A stretch of 64,000 nt of DNA, from NCBI GenBank assembly GCA_963705305.1, contig OY970067.1:4416001-4480000 (forward strand), in the 5' to 3' direction. Both the position numbers and the translations under genes were made by a program. The notes below the pieces were generated by a model. The model did no database searches and was not told the DNA's origin. It worked only from the letters and a program-made list of their open reading frames with translations. Positions 28,762-37,350 of this stretch are shown here, one piece after another; within the stretch, counting starts at the first letter, position 1, and each line of letters opens with the position of its first letter. Source of the stretch: an uncultured Methylomirabilota bacterium. Its GTDB lineage: Bacteria > Methylomirabilota > Methylomirabilia > Methylomirabilales > 2-02-FULL-66-22.

Positions 28762-29756
28762 CGTCCGTCGCACTCCGGGCGCGCGCAGGACATCGCCTCG
28801 ATCCCGCGGATAATCCGATAGAGCAGCCGCACCACCGGCAGCGCCACCCCGTGCTCGTCGGCCAGCCGCACGACATGGCCGAGGACCTGATCGGCCTCGG
28901 TGCGCTTCCCGCGCTCCAGGTCCTGCAGCATGGAGATCCGCACTCCGGTCATCCCCTGCTCCCGCATGGCCCGTCCCCGCGCCTGGACGGAATCCACCGC
29001 CTCCTCGAGCGGAAGGGTGCAGAGCGTCTTCACGGGGAGGCCCGGAAGGTCCACCAAGGGGATGTTCAACCGCTGGGCAATCTGGGCCACCTCACGGCTG
29101 ATCTCGACGAAGAGCCCGGCCAGCTCGCGATCCAGGTAGATCTCGTGGATGCACAGGCGGGTCACGCACGAGAGGGCCGCCGCCGGCACCATCTGGTTCA
29201 GCTTGCACCAGATGGTGCTCTGGATGTCGCTCCGGATCTCGATGGGGAGGCCGGCCCGCCGCCAAAGATCCTGCAGGGCCTCCACCCGGGCCGTCCGCCG
29301 GCCGTCGAACTCCCCGACCCAGGTCCCGCCCCGGTTGGTGTGGACCACCCGGCCCGGCTCGGGCATGCTGCCGCCCACCAGCGTCGCCGCCCCCACCACC
29401 GCATCCCCTCCGAACGTGGCCGTCAGCTCCCCGTCCTTTCCCCAGCCGTTCTGGACCGAGATGGCCATCCCCACTCTGCCCCGCAGATGCAAAACGGAAC
29501 GCAGCGCTTCGTCGGTATGGAAGCTCTTCACCGCCAGAATCAGGAGATCGGCGGACGGCACCTCGGACGGATCGTCGGTCGCCTGGAGGCCCCGCACCAC
29601 CCGGCGCCCCGACAGGCCCTCGATGGTCAGGCCAGCCGCCCGGATCGCCTCGACATGGGGCCGGCGGGCCACCAGCGTGACCTCGCTCCCGGCCTCGGCC
29701 AGATACCCGCCCAGGATGCTTCCCAGCGCCCCCGCCCCCAGAATCACCGTCTTCAC
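28758..29756 (-). CDS. panE: 2-dehydropantoate 2-reductase (ApbA/PanE family)
   Basis: GAGALG, AVKS, QNG, W.KL, SMLQD...KRTE motifs. The exact substrate is not proven. Confidence 0.8.
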   Translation of the reverse strand: MKTVILGAGALGSILGGYLAEAGSEVTLVARRPHVEAIRAAGLTIEGLSGRRVVRGLQATDDPSEVPSADLLILAVKSFHTDEALRSVLHLRGRVGMAISVQNGWGKDGELTATFGGDAVVGAATLVGGSMPEPGRVVHTNRGGTWVGEFDGRRTARVEALQDLWRRAGLPIEIRSDIQSTIWCKLNQMVPAAALSCVTRLCIHEIYLDRELAGLFVEISREVAQIAQRLNIPLVDLPGLPVKTLCTLPLEEAVDSVQARGRAMREQGMTGVRISMLQDLERGKRTEADQVLGHVVRLADEHGVALPVVRLLYRIIRGIEAMSCARPECDGR

Positions 29757-29899
29757 GCTCTGTCACTCCCTTCCGTCCTGTCCGCCCCCGCCGCGGCGGA
29801 CGGCGGCCCCTCGCCGATCCCGAACCCCGTGAACACTCTAAGCGGCCGGCGGGGTCCCCTCCGCCGGCCGCCTACGGGTGCGCCCATTTCCGGACCCGG

Positions 29900-29928
29900 A
29901 CACTAGCACGTGTACCCGGAGGGGTCAA
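29900..29928 (-). promoter_or_regulatory. Putative sigma70 promoter of panE-metH
   Basis: TTGACC-N17-TAGTGT with an extended -10 TG on the minus strand. Confidence 0.55.
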
Positions 29929-29960
29929 TTCGCCCTAAACCGATTGTCTCACGCCAAGAT

Positions 29961-30180
29961 CGCAAAGATCGCCATTGCCAGTATGCAGTAGGCAGAGGTC
30001 AGAAGTCAGGGGTCAGAAGTCAGCCTCCAGCCAAAACTGTTCTACTTTGCGACCTTTGCGGCTTGGCGTGAGGTGCCTGCTCTTGCCTTCTCGTGCGCTC
30101 GTACGCTCTTGTTCTTTCGCCCCTGCTCCCCCTCTCCCCCTCTCCCCGGCTCCCTTCCGCCTACCCGCCCCTGGCCAGCC
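29961..30180. repeat. 220-bp dispersed repeat, copy 1
   Basis: Nearly identical (3 mismatches by eye) to 39903-40122; contains GTCAGAR heptamers, CTTTGCG 9-mers and CCCCT-rich 8-mers. Confidence 0.92.
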
Positions 30181-30227
30181 GGTCCGCCTCGCCCGAGACC
30201 AGCGGCGGGCGGCACCCGCATCGCCTG

Positions 30228-30812
30228 TCAGCGGCGGAGTAGCGGGGCCACCAGGGGGCCCAACACCCATCCCAGCAGCGTGAAAAGCATGACGCCGCAC
30301 ACGACCACCGCCGCCGCGTACATGGCCGCCCGCTCCTGGGGAGCCGTCATGAGGACGGGCAAGCCCAGGAAGAGGAGACAAATCCCGTAGAGCATGGCCA
30401 GAAGCTGGAGCAGCGCCGTGGCCGGGACGAGCAAAAAGATCCCCGCCAGCCAGCCCGGGGTTCCCGCGTAGACCGTCACCTTGAGGGCCGAGATGGCGTC
30501 TTTCCTGCCGGCAAAGACCGGCGCCAGGGCATCGACGATGAGGCTCAGGAGGTACACGGACAGGAGGCTGATCGCGTAGTTGGCGACGGCGTCCCGCAGC
30601 GCCGCTCCCGGAGGCATCCGGTAGGTTCCCCCCAGGGAGGTGCGGACCCCGATGACGGACAGCCCGAAGATCGACGCCGCCGGCCCGATGGCGGCCAGGG
30701 GGAGCACGTACTCCCGAAACAGCGCGGCGGCGGACGTCTTCTCGGCGCCGATGACCCCCCATTCCTCCCGGGGCTGAACCAGGATCCTTCGGGCGCGCTC
30801 GACGATGTTCAT
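30228..30812 (-). CDS. Yip1 family membrane protein
   Basis: N...R...IL.QPREEW.VI..E, DALAPVF.G, Y..TP.WLAG, LGLPVLM..PQE motifs. Confidence 0.85.
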   Translation of the reverse strand: MNIVERARRILVQPREEWGVIGAEKTSAAALFREYVLPLAAIGPAASIFGLSVIGVRTSLGGTYRMPPGAALRDAVANYAISLLSVYLLSLIVDALAPVFAGRKDAISALKVTVYAGTPGWLAGIFLLVPATALLQLLAMLYGICLLFLGLPVLMTAPQERAAMYAAAVVVCGVMLFTLLGWVLGPLVAPLLRR

Positions 30813-30943
30813 TTCGACCTCATTCGGTGAGGAGAGACGAACAGAGCTTCGATCGGACAATCCTGTTTCGGCCCGGCACGAAGGGGCCTCGCATCATGAA
30901 GCTGCCCCCGTTGACGTCCGGACGCGCGGCGGTTCACGCACCG

Positions 30944-31311
30944 CGGTTCTAGGTTTAGGGTTCTAGGTTCGTACGATCACGGGTCGCAGCTCTAGGTTAT
31001 CAGTTCTAGGTTCGAGGTTCGAAAACCGCCAAACATAGAACTGCAGCACCTAGAACCGTCGTCAAAGACGGTTCACCGGTTCTACGTTCGAAGTTCTAGT
31101 GTAGTGCGTCGGAAATCTCTTGACGTTTCGTCACCCCGGCGAAAGCCGGGGTCCAGACCGTGAAATGAATCAGAAGGTGGCACCCTGGATGCCGGCTTTC
31201 GCCGGCATGACGGCCTCGCAAGAGTAAAAAAGCGTTTGACGCATTACACTAGGTTTGAGAACCGACAACCTCGAACCGCCGCACTTCGAACCGCCGCACC
31301 TAGAACCGTCT
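30944..31311. repeat. Palindromic GGTTCTA/GGTTCGA heptamer arrays, interrupted by a MITE
   Basis: Runs of ggttcta/ggttcga followed by the inverted units tagaacc/tcgaacc; related to 41976-42102. Confidence 0.85.
31100..31248. mobile_element. MITE family B with CTAG target duplication
   Basis: ctag|TGTAGTGCGTC...GACGCATTACA|ctag; two internal REP-like hairpins. Confidence 0.82.
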
Positions 31312-31325
31312 TCTACCGCTTGGCC

Positions 31326-31472
31326 CAGGCTGCTCAAAAAGGTCCAGATGCAAGGCGCCGCGCGATCCGAGGCGCGAGGCGTACTTAGCGCGTACGTCGC
31401 AGCGCCGCGGGAGCGCGGGGGGCACCTGTCCGCAGGACGGGTCCCCGCAGATGGGCCTTTTTCAGCAGCCTG
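31326..31472. mobile_element. MITE family A, shortened copy
   Basis: CAGGCTGCTCAAAAAGG...CCTTTTTCAGCAGCCTG; supplies the TGA stop of the epimerase gene. Confidence 0.8.
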
Positions 31473-32412
31473 CCAAAGACTCCACCTGCCGCCGGAGGCC
31501 TTCCTCCAGAGGCACACGGGGCGCGAAGCCCAACGCCTGGCGGGCGCGTGTCGTGTCGGCCCACGTGTGACCGACGTCGCCGGGCAGCGGCTCCCGATAC
31601 TCGCGGTGGATGGATCGGCCCACGATCTCCTCCAGCACGGCCACCACCCGGTTCACGCTGACGCGCGAGCCGCCCCCGATGTTGAAGACGCGGCCCTCCC
31701 CCGCCGGGGCCAGGGCCAACCAGTTCGCCTCCACGGCGTCTCCGACGAAGGTGAAGTCCCGTGTCTGCTCGCCGTCGCCATAGATCAGGATGGGAGAATC
31801 GGACAGCGCCGCCCGGATGAACTTGTGAAAGGCCATGTCGGGCCGCTGCCGGGGCCCGTACACAGTGAAGTAGCGCAAGGCCGTAACGGGCAGGCCGTAG
31901 TTGGCGTGATACAGGAGGCAGAGGTGCTCCGCCGCCAGCTTGGTCACCCCGTAGGGGGAGTACGGTCGCGGCAGCGACTCCTCCTTCAGGGGGAGATCGC
32001 GCGTCTCGCCATAGACCGAAGAAGAGGAAGCATACACGACCCGCAACAGACGTGTGGAAGAACGCGCCGCCTCCAGCAGCCGCTGGGTCGCGCGGATGTT
32101 GCAGTCCAGGTAGACGTCGAAATTCTTTCCCCAGCTGGGTCGGACCCCGGGCTGCCCGGCCTGGTGGAAGACGTAGTCCACCCCGGCCACCAGGGGAATC
32201 AGGTCGGCCCGCGTGAGGTCCGCCTCCACGAAACGGAAGTCGGTCCGGGAGACCAGCGCGGCAAGGTTGGCCTCCTTGACGGGGCGCGGGTAATAGTCGG
32301 CAAAGGCGTCCAGCCCGATGACCGAGTGCCCCTCGCGGAGCAGCCGCTCGCACAGGTGCGAGCCGATGAAACCCGCGGCCCCCGTTACCAGCGATGTCGG
32401 ACCCGCGGTCAT
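31462..32412 (-). CDS. NAD-dependent nucleotide-sugar epimerase/dehydratase
   Basis: VTGAAGFIGS, ASSSSVYG, YGVTK, RYFTVYGPRQRPDMA motifs. Confidence 0.93.
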   Translation of the reverse strand: MTAGPTSLVTGAAGFIGSHLCERLLREGHSVIGLDAFADYYPRPVKEANLAALVSRTDFRFVEADLTRADLIPLVAGVDYVFHQAGQPGVRPSWGKNFDVYLDCNIRATQRLLEAARSSTRLLRVVYASSSSVYGETRDLPLKEESLPRPYSPYGVTKLAAEHLCLLYHANYGLPVTALRYFTVYGPRQRPDMAFHKFIRAALSDSPILIYGDGEQTRDFTFVGDAVEANWLALAPAGEGRVFNIGGGSRVSVNRVVAVLEEIVGRSIHREYREPLPGDVGHTWADTTRARQALGFAPRVPLEEGLRRQVESLAGC

Positions 32413-33287
32413 GGGGTGGTCCCTTCCGGCTGCGCCAGGCGGGCCCGCGTGCCGCCCGTCTCGCGCCGCACCAAGGTCGACACGAAGCTGCCGATGACGA
32501 TCTCGCTCTTCATCAGCACCGGGACCCGCTCCGCGTCGTCCGTCAGCCACACGGTCATGCGGCCCTTGCGCTGAAAGATGCCCTCGAACTTCAGCAGGGG
32601 CTCGACCACCAGCGTCTCTCGCCGTCCCAGGATCGTGTCCAGCGTCTCGCGGGAGAGAACCCGCACCTCCAGATCCCAGTTCTTCTTGCTGGCAAAGACC
32701 TTGGCCCTTACCGTCTCGCCCACCTTCAGGGGCAGGGTGCGAACGAAATAGAGCACCGACAATTCGTCCAGTGCCGGCACGTTCAAGGGATAATCCTGGC
32801 TGACATACTTTCCGAACCGCTCCGCCTCGTCCAGCCGGGAGATGTTCCTGGGGACGTTGCTGAAATCCAGGTAGCGGAACCGCGCCACTCCCACCGTCTG
32901 ATCGAAATCGGTCTGGCTGCTGTGCCGATACCGGCCCTCCCGCAGGTTCTTCACAAAGCGCAGGCTCCGCATGGGGTGGAGGCCGATGAAAGACTCGTTC
33001 CGGTCGTCCACCCGGTAGAAGGTGGAGACGAAGGGGGTCGAGCGGGCCGTGGTTACCAGATGGAGGGCCGGTTGGCCGTCCACCTGCAACAAGCCTTCCA
33101 CCTCGAGGGTGGCCTCTCCCGCCTTGATGCCCATCCAGGTGACGTCGTAGACCAGGTGCTCGCCGCGGGCAAACGGGAGCCCGTCCACCCCCTGGGCAGC
33201 GGCCGGTCGCGGCATCGCCAAAAGGGCGCAGACCCCAAGGAGGCAGCACATCCATACGCCAAGCACCCGCATTCCGATCTCCCTCAT
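32409..33287 (-). CDS. DUF3108 domain exported protein
   Basis: Signal peptide; PF..GE.L.Y...W.GI.AG, W.TDD..RVPV motifs. Confidence 0.8.
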   Translation of the reverse strand: MREIGMRVLGVWMCCLLGVCALLAMPRPAAAQGVDGLPFARGEHLVYDVTWMGIKAGEATLEVEGLLQVDGQPALHLVTTARSTPFVSTFYRVDDRNESFIGLHPMRSLRFVKNLREGRYRHSSQTDFDQTVGVARFRYLDFSNVPRNISRLDEAERFGKYVSQDYPLNVPALDELSVLYFVRTLPLKVGETVRAKVFASKKNWDLEVRVLSRETLDTILGRRETLVVEPLLKFEGIFQRKGRMTVWLTDDAERVPVLMKSEIVIGSFVSTLVRRETGGTRARLAQPEGTTP

Positions 33288-33307
33288 CCGCCGCTCGTCC
33301 CCTTTAG

Positions 33308-33476
33308 CAGGCTGCTGAAAAACCCGTTTTCGCCCAGGCTGCTCAAAAAGGTCCAGGTGCAAGGCGGCGCGCAAAGCGCAGGGCACCCGCACAGGCGGGT
33401 CAAGGCGTACTTCCGGTACGCCGCAGCGAGTGCGCGAGTGCGCCAACGCCGCAGATGGGCCTTTTTCAGCAGCCTG
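33308..33476. mobile_element. MITE family A, full copy abutting the heptosyltransferase TAG stop
   Basis: ttag|CAGGCTGCTGAAAAA...TTTTTCAGCAGCCTG|ctag. Confidence 0.85.
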
Positions 33477-34547
33477 CTAGAGCCTCTGCGCCAGCAGCCG
33501 CCGGACCGCCGCCAGGACCTGCTCAATGCCCAGCTCCCGCATGCATAGATACGTCTCCGGGATCGCACAGCGCCGCCGCAGACAGGGACTGCACGGCAGC
33601 TCCCGCCGCAGCACCAGGCCAGGCCCCAGGGGGCCGGTGCGGCGCGGATCCGTGGGACCAAACAGCGCCACCACCGGCGTGCCCATGGCGGCGGCGATGT
33701 GCATCGGGCCAGAATCCACGGTCACCACCACGTCCGCCTCCCCCAGGACGGCGGCCAGCTCTTTCAGCGACAGGCGGCCGACCAAGTTACGGGGAGGCGG
33801 CACCAGCCCGTCCGCCAGGCGGGCCGCCAGGGCCGCATCCTGCGGGCTGCCCGTCAGGACGACGGACGCCCCTTCCGCCGCCAGCGCCGCCGCCAGCGAC
33901 CGCCAGCGTTCTTCTTCCCAAAGCTTGGTCCGCCAGCGCGCCGCCGCGTGCAGGACCACCCGGGGCCGCGGACAGCCCACCAGCCACTCGGCCGCCGCGC
34001 TCCGATCCCCCGCCGCCAGGGGAATGGTGAAGTCCCGGACGGCCTCGGCGGCGTCCAGCGCGGCCGCCAGGCAGAGGTAGCGGTCGACGGCGTGAACCGG
34101 CTGCGGCGGGGCCGTCACGCGGTGGGTCAGCACCCAAGGGGCCCCTTCCCGTCCTTCCGCGAAGCCGATGCGGACCGGGGCGCCGGCCGCCAGGACGTAC
34201 AGGGCGCTCTTAAGCAGGCCCTGGAGGTCCACCACGACATCATACCGGCGGGAGCGCAGCTCCGCAACGAATCGCCGGATCTCGACCAGCGTCTGGACGG
34301 CGCGCCGCGGGTGCCGGAGCTGCCGGAGCCACCGGCGGCGCCCGGACACCACCAGGTCCGTCACCGCCGGGTGGTTCCGCACCAGGTCGGCCGCTTCCTC
34401 CTCCACCAGCCAGTCCAGCCGGGCATCGGGGTAGCGCCGGCGCAGCGTGGCCACGACCGGCAGCGTGTGCACCACGTCCCCCAGCGCGCTCGGCTTGATC
34501 AGGAGGATCCGCTCCCGGCCGTCAAGCCGGAGGAGAACCGATGCCAT
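33477..34547 (-). CDS. waaC: Lipopolysaccharide heptosyltransferase (GT9, WaaC-like)
   Basis: IKPSALGDVVH, DLQGLLKSA, DSGPMHIAAA, LFGPT motifs. Confidence 0.8.
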   Translation of the reverse strand: MASVLLRLDGRERILLIKPSALGDVVHTLPVVATLRRRYPDARLDWLVEEEAADLVRNHPAVTDLVVSGRRRWLRQLRHPRRAVQTLVEIRRFVAELRSRRYDVVVDLQGLLKSALYVLAAGAPVRIGFAEGREGAPWVLTHRVTAPPQPVHAVDRYLCLAAALDAAEAVRDFTIPLAAGDRSAAAEWLVGCPRPRVVLHAAARWRTKLWEEERWRSLAAALAAEGASVVLTGSPQDAALAARLADGLVPPPRNLVGRLSLKELAAVLGEADVVVTVDSGPMHIAAAMGTPVVALFGPTDPRRTGPLGPGLVLRRELPCSPCLRRRCAIPETYLCMRELGIEQVLAAVRRLLAQRL

Positions 34548-36210
34548 GCGCGCGCTCCCGCCGACGATCCAGGACCCAATCCACCGCAGCCTTGAGGTCC
34601 TCCGCGATGAAGTCGGGATGCGGGGCGGCCCCGCCGTCGATTTTTTCACGCTGCCCCCGGCCGTGCCCGGTCAATAGCAGGATCCCCTGCATCCCCGGAA
34701 ATTCCCGCGCCAGCCGCGTGTCGCTCAGGTGGTCGCCGATCACCACGGATCGCTCCAGGTCCAGATCGAACTCCCGGGCCGCACGGTGAATCATGCCGGG
34801 GTTCGGCTTCCGGCACTCGCAGACGCGACGGTATTCCGGCGGCCCGTAGTCCGTGTGGTGCGGACAGTAGTAGACGGCGTCCACGGGAGCCCCCGCCTCG
34901 GCCAGAAGCGCTTGGAGGCGGGCGTTCACGCGCCGGACGTCCTCCTCGCTGATCAACCCGCGCGCCACGCCGGCCTGGTTGGTGAGCAGGATCAGACGGA
35001 ACCCGGCCTGCCGGAGGTCGCGCAGGGTGTCAATGGCCCCGGGAATGAACTGGATGCCCGCGGGGTCGCCGAGATATCCGGGATCCTCGATGACCGTCCC
35101 GTCCCGGTCCAGGAACGCCGCCGGCGCCTTGGCTCCGGCACGCTTCGCCCCCGGCGGGAAGCCATCCGCGCCCTCCAGCAGGTTATCCGCCATCCGGAGC
35201 ACCCGCTCGACCTCGATCCCGGTCATGCAGCGATGGTCGATGGGACATTCCCGCAAGAGACAGGGGCTGCATGGAACCGGCTGGCGGATGATCCGCGTCC
35301 GGCATCCCAGCGGCCCCGTAGCCAGGCAGTCGGTGGGACCGAAGACGGCCAGAACCGGCGTCTCGACCGCAGCGGCGATGTGCATGGCCCCGGTGTCGTT
35401 GGTGAGGAGAAGGTGCGATCGCCGAAGCAGCCCGACCAGCGTGGGCAGATCGGTCTCTCCCCCCAGGAGTACCGCCGGCCGGCGCATTCGATTTTGGACT
35501 TCCTCCAGGACCGGCCTTTCCCGCCCCGAGCCGACCAGGAGGATCGTGGCCCCCCGCTGCTCCACCAGAGCGTCCGCCACTTCGGCAAAGCGGTCGGCCG
35601 GCCAGCGCTTGGCGCCTCCATATACGGATCCCGGATTTATGGCCACAACGATGCCTGATAATTGTATAGACTTCCTATTTAAAAATTCAGATGTTACATA
35701 GTCTATATGATGTGTTACACGAAGTCGAGGAAGCGGAGGCGCATCCCCCCCAAGCGCCCGGACGATGTCAAGGTAATACTCCACCTGGTGCCGTCCGGAT
35801 GGCTGCGCGGGCCAGGCGATCGACTGCGTCAGCAGGAGGCCGCGGCCGTCCGTCCGGTAGCCGACCCGCCGAGGGACACCCGCCAGCCACGGAACGAGGG
35901 CGGACTCTAGTGAATTGGGAAGGAGCACGGCCAGGTCGTAGCCTCCCCGGCGGATCTCCTGCGCCAGGGCCCATCGCCCCCCCGTCCAGCCGGCGGGCAG
36001 CCCGCCCGGGCGGTACGCCACGACACGATCCACCATCGGTTGTCCGGAGAACAGATCCGCCACCCACGGCTTGGCCAGGACAACGATCTCGGCGTCGGGG
36101 AAGCGGCGGTCCAGCCCCTCCAGGGTGGGCAGCGTGAGAACCGCATCCCCCACCCAGTTCACCTCCCGCACCAGGATTCTGCGAACCGTGCCCGGCCCTG
36201 CCTCCAGCAC
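34522..36210 (-). CDS. waaF: Heptosyltransferase II fused to D,D-heptose-1,7-bisphosphate phosphatase (WaaF-GmhB)
   Basis: N-terminal NWVGDAV, NPGS.YG.AKRWP, NDTGAMH; C-terminal FLDRDGT, TNQAG, YCPHH, CRKPNPGM, IGD. Confidence 0.9.
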   Translation of the reverse strand: MLEAGPGTVRRILVREVNWVGDAVLTLPTLEGLDRRFPDAEIVVLAKPWVADLFSGQPMVDRVVAYRPGGLPAGWTGGRWALAQEIRRGGYDLAVLLPNSLESALVPWLAGVPRRVGYRTDGRGLLLTQSIAWPAQPSGRHQVEYYLDIVRALGGDAPPLPRLRVTHHIDYVTSEFLNRKSIQLSGIVVAINPGSVYGGAKRWPADRFAEVADALVEQRGATILLVGSGRERPVLEEVQNRMRRPAVLLGGETDLPTLVGLLRRSHLLLTNDTGAMHIAAAVETPVLAVFGPTDCLATGPLGCRTRIIRQPVPCSPCLLRECPIDHRCMTGIEVERVLRMADNLLEGADGFPPGAKRAGAKAPAAFLDRDGTVIEDPGYLGDPAGIQFIPGAIDTLRDLRQAGFRLILLTNQAGVARGLISEEDVRRVNARLQALLAEAGAPVDAVYYCPHHTDYGPPEYRRVCECRKPNPGMIHRAAREFDLDLERSVVIGDHLSDTRLAREFPGMQGILLLTGHGRGQREKIDGGAAPHPDFIAEDLKAAVDWVLDRRRERAHGIGSPPA

Positions 36211-36240
36211 GCCGTCTCCGCCTTTCCCGTCCGGCCTTAG

Positions 36241-36340
36241 CAGGCTGCTGAAAAAGGCCCGTCTGTCGGGTACCCATCTGATGGGTGCCCAGCCTACGGC
36301 CGGGTACCCGCGCGCACCCGCGGCGCTGCGACGTACGCGC
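36241..36340. mobile_element. MITE family A, partial copy
   Basis: ttag|CAGGCTGCTGAAAAAGGCCC...gcggcgctgcgacgtacgc; the second end is missing. Confidence 0.7.
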
Positions 36341-36344
36341 GAAG

Positions 36345-37343
36345 TTAGAGGACGACCGGCCGGTCTCCCCTAGCCCGTGGTGTGCGCGGCCTGTTTTCCT
36401 CCGTCGCCGACCGCCTGGCCGGGGCCAGCCGCGGGTCGAGGGGCAGGGATGTCTTCCAGCGTCGATGCACCCAGAACCACTGTTCGGGATGCTGGCGGAT
36501 GAGCGCCTCGATGGCTTCCGTGAAGCGGGCCGTGTTCTCCACCAGGTCGGCCTTGAAATCCCCGCCGCGCGCCAGCGGGATCTCCTCCCCGATCCGGATG
36601 CGGTAGCGGCCTCGGCCCTCCCGGTTGATGGCCACCGGCAGGACCGCGGCGCGGGACCGCATAGCGATCAGGGCGGGCCCCGACATCGTCGAGGCGGGCC
36701 GCCCGAAGAAGGGCACCACCACCCCTTCGTTCTCGCTGGCGTGCTGATCGATCAGAATCCCCACCGTCTCACCCCGCCGGAGGACCTGCAGGATGGCCGA
36801 GACGGCATCCCGCTTGCGGATCACCCGGTTCCCTCCGCGCTCGCGGAGGGCCGTGAGCAGATCGTCCAGCCGCGGATTGTCGAGCGGACGGGCCACGACG
36901 TGAATGGGCTCGAATTGCAACGTGGCGGCCAGGGGCAAAATCTCCCAAGGGCCCAGGTGCGCCGTGATCGCCAGGACCCCTCGCCCGCGCCGGCGCGCCT
37001 CGAGCAGCCGGTCCAACCCATCGAACGGAACGGCCTCCTCCCCGCCGGCCCGCAGCAGCCGATGGGATCGCGCCACGTCCACCGCCGTTTGCCCCAGGTT
37101 CTCGAACACGGCCCGCGCCAGCACCCGGATCTCCGCGGGGTCCGTCCGCTCGGGGAAGGCCCGGAGCAGGTTTCCAACCGCCACGTCCCGATGGCGGCGA
37201 TCCAGCCGAAAGGCCAGCCGGCCGGCTCCCCCGCCCAGCGCATAGGCCGCCGCCTCCGGCAGGACCGCGAAGAATTTCCCCAGGCAGATCATCGCCGCCC
37301 ACTCCGCCAGGACAGCCGGACTCCAGCGCGACGGCTCAGCCAC
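36345..37343 (-). CDS. Lipid A late acyltransferase (LpxL/HtrB family)
   Basis: TAHLGPWE, LIDQ, PFFGRPA, PEQWFWVHRRWK motifs. Confidence 0.9.
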   Translation of the reverse strand: MAEPSRWSPAVLAEWAAMICLGKFFAVLPEAAAYALGGGAGRLAFRLDRRHRDVAVGNLLRAFPERTDPAEIRVLARAVFENLGQTAVDVARSHRLLRAGGEEAVPFDGLDRLLEARRRGRGVLAITAHLGPWEILPLAATLQFEPIHVVARPLDNPRLDDLLTALRERGGNRVIRKRDAVSAILQVLRRGETVGILIDQHASENEGVVVPFFGRPASTMSGPALIAMRSRAAVLPVAINREGRGRYRIRIGEEIPLARGGDFKADLVENTARFTEAIEALIRQHPEQWFWVHRRWKTSLPLDPRLAPARRSATEENRPRTPRARGDRPVVL

Positions 37344-37350
37344 GGCACCC

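Noticed and set aside
29757..29900. SAM, SAH or cobalamin riboswitch upstream of metH
   Set aside because: No recognisable consensus core seen; kept only as an unclassified leader.
30944..31311. CRISPR array
   Set aside because: Units are 7-bp degenerate tandem repeats with no unique spacers, and there are no cas genes.
35628..35720. Replication origin or DGR variable region
   Set aside because: No DnaA-box cluster, no template repeat and no reverse transcriptase in the window.
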